Made by a program: the position numbers and the translations under genes. A stretch of 32,000 bases of DNA from Pirellulaceae bacterium (GTDB lineage: Bacteria > Planctomycetota > Planctomycetia > Pirellulales > Pirellulaceae). How positions within the stretch are numbered: position 1 is the first letter of the stretch; the number at the start of each line of letters is the position of its first letter. Below, piece after piece: positions 22,958 to 31,039 of the stretch. The DNA is taken from positions 51,616 to 83,615 of the forward strand of contig JBJXFF010000109.1 of NCBI GenBank assembly GCA_046153945.1. The letters run 5' to 3'. The notes below the pieces were generated by a model, which saw only the letters and a list, made by a program, of their open reading frames with translations, was not told the origin of the DNA and made no database searches.

Positions 22958-25270
22958 CTATTCCGGAATCTCAAACGTCAGCTTCACTGGCTCGCTGCTG
23001 CCGCCATCGGCGATGCTGAGCGGGACGGTGAAAATCACTGAGCCGGTTTTGCAAACGCCGTCGTCCCCCTTTTCACAGTAATAGTAAGTGATCGAAACGG
23101 CGACCTCATCCTCACCGCTCTCCTTCACCGGCACGGTCACATCAAATTCGGCTACCGGCTTTTCGAGCTTCTTTTTGCCAAAGGCGGCGCGATCGGCCGG
23201 GCCGGCTTCCTTGGGGGAATCGAGCCAATAGGACATAGGGGCTTCGGCATTGATCTTCCAGCCGTTAGGAACTTTCAGTGAAACATGAAACGTGACGTTC
23301 CCATTTTCGGCTTTGACCTTAGCCTGTGCGATCTTCTCATTGGCAGCCCCCTTGAAGCTTGGTTTCTTCTCGACCTTCGAGGCAACAGGAGCTTTCAAGC
23401 CAGCAATCACCAGAGTCCCAACATTGCCGCTGGCGAGTTCAATCGTCCTGATAAGGTGATTGTTGGTGTCGGCGACATAGAGTTTTCCCTTGGCGTAGGC
23501 GAGGCCGGCGGGCTCTTGCAGCGTGCCGTCCTTGTCGCTGCTGCCGGGGTTCTTGCGTCCCTTGCCGGCGACGGTTTTCACCGCGCCGCTCTTGGGGTCC
23601 ACTTCGCGAATCTTGTTGTTGTAGGTGTCTGCGACGTAGATCTTTCCCTTCGCGTACGTCAGGCCGATGCAGTGCTGTAACTTGGCTTTGTTCTTGGGGC
23701 CGTCGACGTCCCCAAACTCAAACAGCCGGCCATACGGCAATTCGGCGGTGCCGATCACGGTTCCGACTTCTTTGGTCGAGTCGAACGGCACGGCTCGCAC
23801 AGAACTTCCTTCGCTGTCGGCCACATAGAGCCATTCGCCGTCGGACGAGAGGCCGCTTGGCTGAGCGAAGGAGGCGAAGCCCTTGGCATAGGGTCGTTTT
23901 GGCAGCAGTTGACCATCGACGATGTCTTCCCGTCCGTTGCCTGAGTAAGGACCGATCTCCGCTTCGCTCAGCGGCATGATCCAGATCTGATGCGAGCCAG
24001 CCATGGCGATGTAAAGGTCTTTGTCGTGAATCCAAAGATCCCACGGGCTGTTGAGTGCTGTCATGAGCGGCTTGCCCACGAATCGCTCGGGAAGGTCGCC
24101 GGTGAGTTCTGCTTCGTCGAGCCCTGGCCACGAGTGTTTCGCCTGCTGACCAACTCCCGCGATGGTGGTGACCGTTTTAGCTTTCAAGTCCACTTTGCGT
24201 AGCATGTGGTTTTCGGTGTCGGCAACGTAGAGTGTATCCTTATCTAGCACACACCCTTGCGGATGGTCGAATGTCGCTTTCGCGTAGCTGCCATCATCCC
24301 GCCCAATGGCTCCCGAGCCGATGACGTCAATGAGCTTGCCGTCGAGGCCGGCGATCACAATGCGGTTGTGGTTGCTGTCGCTAATGAACAGACGGCCGCC
24401 CGCTTCGTCGGCCAGGATTTTGCCGGGATATAGGAGCGGCGAAGTGGAGCTGTAGACGTTGTCGACCGGGAACGGCTTTTCGTCGAGCAGGCCCTCCCCT
24501 CGGTAATACTCGATGGCCTTGTCTATTACTGGAGTAAGGTCAGCCGCTTTGAACTCGCCGCTGTGACCGCCGAGGACCTTTCCTTCGGGGTCGATGAGCA
24601 TCAAAGTTGGCCAGCTGCTGACTCCGAGGCTGTCCCAGATTTTGTGATCGGCATCGTTGACGACGAGATGTTCGATTTCGTACCGCCGCATGGCGTTGCG
24701 GATGGCCTCGGTATCTTTCTCGGTATCGAATTTGGCGGAGTGGACCCCAATGACCACGATTTCGTTGGGATATTGTTTCTCCAGGATCTTCAGCTCGGGG
24801 AGGATGTGCATGCAGTTAATGCAGCAGTAGGTCCAGAAGTCCAGAATCACAATCTTCCCCTTCAGGTCCTTCTTCGACAGTGGCTTTTTGGAGTTGAGCC
24901 AGTCGAGTCCCTTGGGGAAGTCGGGAAAGTCGGTCCGATTGCGGAATGGATTGGCTTTGCGAATCGGCTTCTTTTCGTCCCCTTCATCCTTCTTATCTTC
25001 TTTGGCAGCAGGCTTTTCCGCGTCGTCGTCTTTAGGGGCTGCCTTGTCTTTCTGCGCCTTTCCGGCCTTCTTTTCGGCCGCTTTCGGGTCTTCCGAGTTC
25101 TCGTCCTTGGCCGGCTGGGTCTCCTTCTCATCCTCCCCCACCGCCGTCAACTGAACGGCGACGGACGGCTTAGACGCGACATCGGCCTGGCCAAAACAGC
25201 CAGCCAGGAGACACGAAGCGGCGGCTCCGGCCAGGAGGAAAAGGTAAGGCAGCGGGCGAGCAAACTTCAT
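22958..25270 (-). CDS. Thioredoxin-like (redoxin) domain + NHL-repeat beta-propeller lipoprotein (NHLRC2-like architecture)
   Basis: ORF 22958..25522 trimmed to the ATG at 25268-25270, giving MKFARPLPYLFLLAGAAASCLLAGC (lipobox), with GGGAG upstream. A Lys/Asp/Glu-rich linker follows, then FWTYCCINCMH (CxxC), then repeated YVADT.NH.IR NHL units. Confidence 0.88.
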   Translation of the reverse strand: MKFARPLPYLFLLAGAAASCLLAGCFGQADVASKPSVAVQLTAVGEDEKETQPAKDENSEDPKAAEKKAGKAQKDKAAPKDDDAEKPAAKEDKKDEGDEKKPIRKANPFRNRTDFPDFPKGLDWLNSKKPLSKKDLKGKIVILDFWTYCCINCMHILPELKILEKQYPNEIVVIGVHSAKFDTEKDTEAIRNAMRRYEIEHLVVNDADHKIWDSLGVSSWPTLMLIDPEGKVLGGHSGEFKAADLTPVIDKAIEYYRGEGLLDEKPFPVDNVYSSTSPLLYPGKILADEAGGRLFISDSNHNRIVIAGLDGKLIDVIGSGAIGRDDGSYAKATFDHPQGCVLDKDTLYVADTENHMLRKVDLKAKTVTTIAGVGQQAKHSWPGLDEAELTGDLPERFVGKPLMTALNSPWDLWIHDKDLYIAMAGSHQIWIMPLSEAEIGPYSGNGREDIVDGQLLPKRPYAKGFASFAQPSGLSSDGEWLYVADSEGSSVRAVPFDSTKEVGTVIGTAELPYGRLFEFGDVDGPKNKAKLQHCIGLTYAKGKIYVADTYNNKIREVDPKSGAVKTVAGKGRKNPGSSDKDGTLQEPAGLAYAKGKLYVADTNNHLIRTIELASGNVGTLVIAGLKAPVASKVEKKPSFKGAANEKIAQAKVKAENGNVTFHVSLKVPNGWKINAEAPMSYWLDSPKEAGPADRAAFGKKKLEKPVAEFDVTVPVKESGEDEVAVSITYYYCEKGDDGVCKTGSVIFTVPLSIADGGSSEPVKLTFEIPE

Positions 25271-25432
25271 GTTGCCGTCTCCCTCGGGGAAGAAAGGTTG
25301 GAACAAGGGTCGCAGGTCATCGTACCTTACTACGGAGCCAAAGTGAACCATGTTTAGGACTTGGGCGATCCTGGTGGCCAGTCCAGCTATGCGTGGGCGC
25401 GTTCTAACCTCAGGCCAGTCAGCATTTTCCGT

Positions 25433-25462
25433 TTCACCTTGGCAATTCCCCTCGGCTATAAT
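25433..25462 (+). promoter_or_regulatory. Candidate sigma-70 promoter (-35 TTCACC, 18-nt spacer, perfect -10 TATAAT) giving a leaderless DUF1501 mRNA
   Basis: TATAAT at 25457-25462 ends 6 nt before the ATG at 25469. No Shine-Dalgarno sequence lies in between. TTCACC is at 25433-25438. Confidence 0.35.
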
Positions 25463-25468
25463 GCGGCC

Positions 25469-26884
25469 ATGTTTCCGGCTCTCCACAACCCGGCGTCCAC
25501 ACGGCGGCAGTTCCTCACCCAAGCCGGCGGTGGTATGGGCGCGCTGGCATTGGCCTCGTTACTTTCCGACTCCGTCCGTTCTTCCCCAGTCCCCAGCCCC
25601 CAGCCCCTAGTCCCGGCCCGCGTCAAACGCGTCATCTGGCTCTTCATGCACGGCGGCCCGAGCCACGTCGATCTACTCGACCCCAAGCCGGAACTTATCA
25701 AGCTCGCGGGCAAGCCGATTCCTGAAAGCTTCGGCCCGGTGATGACGCGGCGGAAGGTCGCGCAGAATCCGCTGCTCGGTCCCATCAAGCCGTTTCAAAA
25801 GCGGGGTCAGAGCGGCCTGGAGATTAGCGACTTTTTGCCACACTTGGCGGAGTGTGCCGACGACCTCTGCGTCATCCGCAGTTTGCACGGCGACAGCGTC
25901 AATCATCCGCAGTCGGTCTATCAGATGAACACCGGCAGTATCCTGATGGGGCGGCCGAGTGTTGGAAGTTGGGTGGCGTATGGGCTCTCCAGCGAGAACC
26001 GCGACTTGCCGGCCTTCGTCGTTCTCCCCGATCCCGGCGGCGGCGTGAAGGGTGGCCCGCCCGCCTGGGGAAGCGGTTATCTACCGGCGACGTTCCAAGG
26101 GGTCACAATGCGCCCTGGCGATTCTCCCATCCTGCATCTCAAGCCGCAGCCGGGGATTTCGAAGGCCCAACAGCGGAACACGCTCGATTTAGTCCAGCAG
26201 CTCAATCGCGAACACTTGGCCTCCCACGACGATGACGACGGCGAACTGGCCGCCCGCATCGCCGCCTACGAGCTCGCTTTCCGCATGCAAGCCGCTGCCC
26301 CGGAGCTCGTCGATCTGCAGGGCGAATCTGCGGAAACAGAACGGCTCTACGGCCTGGACGACAAGGAGACTCGCGAGTTCGGTCAGCGCTGCCTCCTCGC
26401 TCGGCGAATGATCGAGCGGGGCGTCCGCTTCGTGCAGGTCTACTCCGGCGACACCAACGGCTGGGACGCTCACAACGACGTCCTCACCAACCACACCCAG
26501 CTCTGCCGCCGAACGGATCTACCCGCTGCCGGCCTGCTCCGCGATTTGAAACGTCGCGGCCTGTGGGACGACACGCTCGTCATCTGGGGTGGCGAATTCG
26601 GCCGCATGCCGATGAGCGAGCAAGGAAAAGGCCGCGACCACAACCCCTGGGGCTACAGCGTCTTCCTCGCCGGCGGAGCCGTCCGCGGCGGCTTCGCCAA
26701 TGGCGAGACCGACTCCGTCGGCCTCAAGGCTGCTGAAAACAAGGTCCATGTCCGTGACTTCCATGCAACGCTGCTGGAACTGCTTGGCCTCGACCACACG
26801 TCATTCTCGTTTTTGCACAATGGACTAGAAGAGCGCCTGACGGGTCCGGGAGAAGCGCGAGTGGTGAAGGAGGTGATGGCGTGA
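25469..26884 (+). CDS. DUF1501 domain protein (sulfatase-like fold) with TAT signal
   Basis: ORF 25361..26884 trimmed to the ATG at 25469, giving MFPALHNPASTRRQFLTQAGGGMGALALASLL. KRVIWLFMHGGPSHVDLLDPKP and GRDHNPWGYSVFLAGG are DUF1501 hallmarks. Confidence 0.9.
   Translation: MFPALHNPASTRRQFLTQAGGGMGALALASLLSDSVRSSPVPSPQPLVPARVKRVIWLFMHGGPSHVDLLDPKPELIKLAGKPIPESFGPVMTRRKVAQNPLLGPIKPFQKRGQSGLEISDFLPHLAECADDLCVIRSLHGDSVNHPQSVYQMNTGSILMGRPSVGSWVAYGLSSENRDLPAFVVLPDPGGGVKGGPPAWGSGYLPATFQGVTMRPGDSPILHLKPQPGISKAQQRNTLDLVQQLNREHLASHDDDDGELAARIAAYELAFRMQAAAPELVDLQGESAETERLYGLDDKETREFGQRCLLARRMIERGVRFVQVYSGDTNGWDAHNDVLTNHTQLCRRTDLPAAGLLRDLKRRGLWDDTLVIWGGEFGRMPMSEQGKGRDHNPWGYSVFLAGGAVRGGFANGETDSVGLKAAENKVHVRDFHATLLELLGLDHTSFSFLHNGLEERLTGPGEARVVKEVMA
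25584..25611. repeat. Heptanucleotide tandem array CCCCAGT-CCCCAGC-CCCCAGC-CCCTAGT inside the DUF1501 CDS
   Basis: Four consecutive 7-nt units read directly from the sequence. They are translated in frame as PVPSPQPLV, just after the TAT signal. Confidence 0.85.
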
Positions 26885-27039
26885 GGACGTTTGATGACAA
26901 CAAGTGGAATTACGCCGACTTGGCTTCAATAGTGAAGTCGCTGGATGAAATGCTGGCAGACGAGGAAGCAATGAAGGAGTTCCATGCCATCGCTGATGAG
27001 TTTAGCGTCGCTGAAGGTGACGGCTTGGAGACGTACTAA
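26881..27039 (+). CDS. Speculative 52-codon acidic ORF coupled to the DUF1501 stop
   Basis: Below the track cutoff. GTG at 26881 overlaps the DUF1501 TGA (GTGA), and AAGGAGG at 26867-26873 lies 7 nt upstream. Encodes VRTFDDNKWNYADLASIVKSLDEMLADEEAMKEFHAIADEFSVAEGDGLETY. The stop TAA overlaps the ATG at 27039 (TAATG). The region is visibly more A/T-rich than its surroundings. Confidence 0.3.
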   Translation: MRTFDDNKWNYADLASIVKSLDEMLADEEAMKEFHAIADEFSVAEGDGLETY

Positions 27040-27106
27040 TGGCCGCGCCGCAATTCGACATAGCACTTTCTGCCGAGGGCCGTTCAAGGTCCTTTGCTTG
27101 GATAGG

Positions 27107-27124
27107 CCCGGCATTTATGCCGGG
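27107..27124 (+). terminator. Short GC hairpin CCCGGCAT-tt-ATGCCGGG followed by TATT (weak intrinsic-terminator candidate)
   Basis: Perfect 8-bp palindromic arms read from the sequence. The downstream T tract is poor. Confidence 0.25.
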
Positions 27125-27144
27125 TATTAGCGTCAAGAACAAAC

Positions 27145-27191
27145 CTCTTTCCTCGCCCGCCGCCGCTCCGCGGCGGCGGGAGAGGAAAGAG
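27145..27191. repeat. 22-bp-stem hairpin CTCTTTCCTCGCCCGCCGCCGC-tcc-GCGGCGGCGGGAGAGGAAAGAG
   Basis: 21/22 complementary positions with a 3-nt loop. It lies between the micro-ORF and the favoured DUF1553 start. Confidence 0.85.
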
Positions 27192-27233
27192 AGAGGGGTA
27201 CTACGTTCACCAGTGTTAAAGAACGGGCCTAGA

Positions 27234-29198
27234 ATGTCAAAGCCCGGTAGACCGGGCTTCAAAGCCGCGGTATTGGTAACCCTGATCATCGGGAGTTTGG
27301 CTACCACACTCTTTGCCGGCGAAGCCGACTATCAAGAGCCGCCGCTCACACAAACTGAGCGCCAGCACTGGAGTTTCAAGCCAATTTTGCGGCCAAAACT
27401 ACCAGAGTTAGCGGACGCCAAGGGATGGTGCCGGGGTGGGATTGATCGGTTCATACTGCTCCAACTCGACGAGAAAAAATCAATACCCGCCGACGAAGCC
27501 AGCCGCGAGACTCTGCTGCGAAGATTGACCTTCGATCTGACCGGTTTGCCGCCGACGTTTTCGGAAATGGAAGCGTTCACGAACGACAACGAGCCCGACG
27601 CCTGCGAACGGCTGGTGGATCGATTGTTGGCGTCGCCGGCCTACGGGGAGCGGTGGGGGCAACATTGGCTCGATCTGGCCCGGTTTGCCGAGACGGATGG
27701 GTATGAGCATGATCTGGTCCGAAAAGAAGCGTGGCGGTATCGCGACTGGGTTGTCGGGGCACTGAACGCGGATTTGCCCTATGACGAGTTTGTGCGGCAG
27801 CAGGTGGCGGGGGACGAAGAAGGAGACAGGGGACAGGGGACAGGGGACAAGATTGAATCTCAAGCCTCTGATTTCAAATCGGAAATCTCGGACGGCTCAA
27901 AGCCAAAACAGACGCCGCTCACTCGCAGCTCCATTCCGACCATGTTCTGCCTTTCCGGCCCGGACATGCCGGATATCAATTCCCAGGAGCAGCGGAAGCA
28001 TGAGTTGCTCAATGAAGTGGCAGGGACGATCGGCTCGGTCTTCATGGGTTTGCAGATCGGCTGTGCCCAGTGTCACGATCATAAATACGATCCGCTCAGC
28101 CAAGCGGACTTCTACCGGCTGCGGGCGTTCTTTGAGCCGGCGGTGAGTTTGCAGAAAGATGTCTCGGTCATTGCCTTGCTTACCGACGATAAATTCAAAA
28201 GCCCCGCCCGGATCTGGATCCGCGGCGACTGGCAACGGCCGGGAATGGAAGTGCAACCGGCGATGGTGCGAGTCCTGCTGCCGGCGAGCGGGGGGCGTGA
28301 GCCCCCTGATACTACATCCGCCGACATCGAGCCGAATCAGAAGAATCAGGGGGCTGACGCCCCCCGCTCGCCCAGAACCAACCTCGCCCGGTGGCTCACC
28401 AGCCCGGACCACCCCCTCACCAGCCGCGTGATGGTCAATCGGCTCTGGCAGCATCACTTTGGCAAGGGAATCGTGGAATCGCCGAGCGATTTCGGCGTGA
28501 TGGGAACCGCGCCATCGAATCCCGATCAGCTCGACTGGCTGGCCAGCGAATTGATGTCCAACGGCTGGAGTCTGAAGAAGCTCCATCGGCGGATGGTCTG
28601 CTCCGCGACCTACCGCCAGGCATCGCGCAGGCCCCGCCGTTTGGAAGGAGAAGCGATTCGCGACGCCATGCTCGCCGCCAGTGGCCAACTCGACTTCCGA
28701 CGTGGCGGACCCGGCGTGATGCCGCCACTGCCGGAGGAATTGACGAAGACGCTGCTCCCCAACCACTGGAAGGCCAGCAAAAACCCCGCCGATGCCGTCC
28801 GCCGCAGCATCTATATCTTTGCCCGGCGAAACCTCCGTTATCCGCTGTTCGAAGCCTTCGACCGCCCCGACCCCAACGCCAGTTGCCCCCTCCGTAGTCG
28901 CAGCACGACAGCCACGCAATCGTTGCTGCTGTTCAATTCGGACTTTTCGCTCTCCTGTGCAAAGCATTTGGCCGCCGAAATACTTCGCGATGCTCCGGAG
29001 GGCGTAACTTCCCGGATCACCGCCACCTGCCGTCGCATCTGGGGGCGCTCCCCTAGCGATAGTGAGCTCAAGACATTGACGGCCTTCCTCGCGCAGCAAG
29101 AAGAGCTGCTCAGGAAAGCAGCAAGCGCCCCCGACGCTGCTCTCGTGGATCTCTGCCTCGCTCTCTTCAATACGAACGAGTTTCTCTATCTCGATTGA
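27234..29198 (+). CDS. DUF1549 (PSCyt2) + DUF1553 (PSD1) domain protein
   Basis: ORF 27039..29198. I favour the ATG at 27234, which gives the signal peptide MSKPGRPGFKAAVLVTLIIGSLATTLFA. The ATG at 27039 (GGAG 8 nt upstream, TAATG overlap) remains possible. Hallmarks: GGIDRFILLQL, LTGLPPT, WGQHWLDLARFAETDGYE, CAQCHDHKYDP, LARWLTSPDHPLTSRVMVNRLWQHHFG. Confidence 0.9.
   Translation: MSKPGRPGFKAAVLVTLIIGSLATTLFAGEADYQEPPLTQTERQHWSFKPILRPKLPELADAKGWCRGGIDRFILLQLDEKKSIPADEASRETLLRRLTFDLTGLPPTFSEMEAFTNDNEPDACERLVDRLLASPAYGERWGQHWLDLARFAETDGYEHDLVRKEAWRYRDWVVGALNADLPYDEFVRQQVAGDEEGDRGQGTGDKIESQASDFKSEISDGSKPKQTPLTRSSIPTMFCLSGPDMPDINSQEQRKHELLNEVAGTIGSVFMGLQIGCAQCHDHKYDPLSQADFYRLRAFFEPAVSLQKDVSVIALLTDDKFKSPARIWIRGDWQRPGMEVQPAMVRVLLPASGGREPPDTTSADIEPNQKNQGADAPRSPRTNLARWLTSPDHPLTSRVMVNRLWQHHFGKGIVESPSDFGVMGTAPSNPDQLDWLASELMSNGWSLKKLHRRMVCSATYRQASRRPRRLEGEAIRDAMLAASGQLDFRRGGPGVMPPLPEELTKTLLPNHWKASKNPADAVRRSIYIFARRNLRYPLFEAFDRPDPNASCPLRSRSTTATQSLLLFNSDFSLSCAKHLAAEILRDAPEGVTSRITATCRRIWGRSPSDSELKTLTAFLAQQEELLRKAASAPDAALVDLCLALFNTNEFLYLD
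27822..27849. repeat. Heptanucleotide tandem array GGAGACA-GGGGACA-GGGGACA-GGGGACA inside the DUF1553 CDS
   Basis: Four 7-nt units, three of them identical. They are translated in frame as GDRGQGTGD. The reverse-complement unit CCCCTGT differs by 1 nt from the CCCCAGT units at 25584. Confidence 0.85.
28291..28364. repeat. Inverted pair of mini-hairpin units inside the DUF1553 CDS
   Basis: GGGGGCGTGAGCCCCCTGA (28291-28309) versus the reverse complement of TCAGGGGGCTGACGCCCCC (28346-28364) matches at 18/19 positions. Each arm is itself a GGGGGC-N4-GCCCCC hairpin. GAATCAG x2 with 9-nt spacing (28334-28349) lies between the arms. Confidence 0.85.
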
Positions 29199-29204
29199 AG
29201 TCTT

Positions 29205-30131
29205 GTGCCGAAATACCCTCTCCGCTCTTCGCCCCCCTGGCACTTTCGCCTCGCCAAGTGGCTCATCCGCAACCGCCTGCGCGGAGGCTATCGGCTCATC
29301 GAGCTGGCGGAACGGCGGGGTTGGCTCAACTGCGTGGTGGAATATGAGCTGTCCGCGGACGTCAAACTGAGCGTCCCGCTCTGGCGGCGGGAAAACCAGT
29401 GGGCGCTGCCGGATTTGCGGGCGTATGAAAGCGAACTGGTTACGCAACTCATCCCTCAAATCATGTTAGGTAGAATGATCTTTCCCGATCTTTGGATCGA
29501 CGTGGGGGCGGACATTGGAGTCTTGTCAGCTTTGCTGGCCAGCAAGGTGGGCTTTTCCGAAGGAATTGTCTTAGAGCCAAATCCTGTCTCGTTCGAGTTC
29601 CTGGAACACAACGCCGCAAAGCTTCCGTTTCCGGTTCGCGCCATTCAGGCTGCTGCGGCCGATTTCACGGGGAAAGGAACCCTCGCCCATTCGCCGAACG
29701 ACCCTTCGGACCATGCCCGTTTTCTCGCACCCGACGAAGGGGGCGATCTGGATGTCGTCCGCATCGACGACCTCGGTATTCTTGCCGGCGGTAGCATGGT
29801 GATGAAGGTGGACGTGGAAGGGGGGGAACTCGCCGTTTTGAAAGGTGCCGCGCAAACATTGGCGAATGCCTCCAACTGGTGCGTCGCTTTCGAAGCCCAT
29901 CGCGACGTTGTTGCCCGCACGGGAATCGACCCTTGCGAGTGCGTGCGTTTTCTGGCGGGCATCGACGATCTCTTCGTCAGCGTGGCCGAAAGGAACATCG
30001 AGCTCGATATGACCCGCCCTTTTTTCGACCAGTTCAGCGACAAAATCACGAATGTCATTTGCACGGCTCGGGCGGGTTCTGCCGTCGGTCGAACGGACTT
30101 CAAGAAGGGGAATTGGCCACAAGACACCTAA
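29205..30131 (+). CDS. FkbM-family SAM-dependent methyltransferase
   Basis: 308-aa ORF with a GTG start 6 nt after the DUF1553 stop. WIDVGADIGVLSALLA (SAM-binding glycine-rich motif) and MKVDVEGGELAVLKGA are typical FkbM motifs. Confidence 0.8.
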   Translation: MPKYPLRSSPPWHFRLAKWLIRNRLRGGYRLIELAERRGWLNCVVEYELSADVKLSVPLWRRENQWALPDLRAYESELVTQLIPQIMLGRMIFPDLWIDVGADIGVLSALLASKVGFSEGIVLEPNPVSFEFLEHNAAKLPFPVRAIQAAAADFTGKGTLAHSPNDPSDHARFLAPDEGGDLDVVRIDDLGILAGGSMVMKVDVEGGELAVLKGAAQTLANASNWCVAFEAHRDVVARTGIDPCECVRFLAGIDDLFVSVAERNIELDMTRPFFDQFSDKITNVICTARAGSAVGRTDFKKGNWPQDT

Positions 30132-31030
30132 TTTTTGAGCAAATCCCGAATGTCAATCCAGTGCCACTTCTTACAATGTGGACAGCGCTCGTACCGCTTC
30201 ATGCCGGCGTTCATGCCAAAGATGGGCTGCGAGTAAAGCTCGCCGCAATCGGGGCATTTGACTTTGGCGGTGAACAGTTTCTTGAGTGCGGCGGGGCCAA
30301 AATACATTCCGCCGAGTAGGACCAGCGAGAAGACCGTGAACAGCGCGACCCACAGGCCGACGAGCTGCTGCCAGACCGGTTTGCCCCAGCCGAAGGCGTC
30401 GATATGCATCAAATAGATCGGAAAGTTGCCGAGAAAGTGGAGCGTCATCGCCCCGGCCAGGCCGAGCACGAACCAGCCCGGCCCGCGGCGGAGGCCCCAG
30501 ACCGAGAGCACCACGAAGCCGCTGTGCGTGAAGCAGGTTTGCAGCCGTTCGCCGATGTAGCCGCCGAAGAAATAGAATTCATGGGCGGGGACGTTGGCCC
30601 ATTTGCCTCCGGGGGCCAGATCGGGAGAATCGGCGATGAACTGGAAAATCAGCCACATTTCCCCCACGGCAAAGCCGAGCCCGAGCGTCAACGCCATCGC
30701 CACGACGTTCTCCCGCGTAAGCCGGCCCCAAAACGTCGGCACCAGCAGCACGAGGAGCGGAACCAACTTGACAGGCTCTTCGGTGAGCGGAGCGTAACAC
30801 AGTCTCGCGGCTGTATTGAGATGAGAATCTTTAGCCAGCCTGGCGTCGACGGCTCCTTTGATCGGCAAACGGACCAGATAGTAGGTTCCCGCGCTCAAGG
30901 GAAGGGCGAGTACGAACATCACGACGAGCAAAAGGTAATCACGCTTCTGAGCAATCTGCGCGACAAGTCCGCCGCAAACCAGGATTCCCAGTAGCGAAAC
31001 GAAGATGGCGGCGGTAAGGAGACCAGGCAT
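30128..31030 (-). CDS. PrsW/CAAX-protease-like intramembrane protease fused to a C-terminal zinc ribbon
   Basis: 300-aa polytopic ORF. Motifs LTEEPVKL (EExxK), GFAVGE (FxxxE) and LHFLGNF (HxxxN) fit the PrsW/CPBP superfamily pattern. The C-terminus is KCPDCGELY...RCPHCKKWH (CPxC..CPxC). Confidence 0.65.
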   Translation of the reverse strand: MPGLLTAAIFVSLLGILVCGGLVAQIAQKRDYLLLVVMFVLALPLSAGTYYLVRLPIKGAVDARLAKDSHLNTAARLCYAPLTEEPVKLVPLLVLLVPTFWGRLTRENVVAMALTLGLGFAVGEMWLIFQFIADSPDLAPGGKWANVPAHEFYFFGGYIGERLQTCFTHSGFVVLSVWGLRRGPGWFVLGLAGAMTLHFLGNFPIYLMHIDAFGWGKPVWQQLVGLWVALFTVFSLVLLGGMYFGPAALKKLFTAKVKCPDCGELYSQPIFGMNAGMKRYERCPHCKKWHWIDIRDLLKN

Positions 31031-31039
31031 AATCGAACT

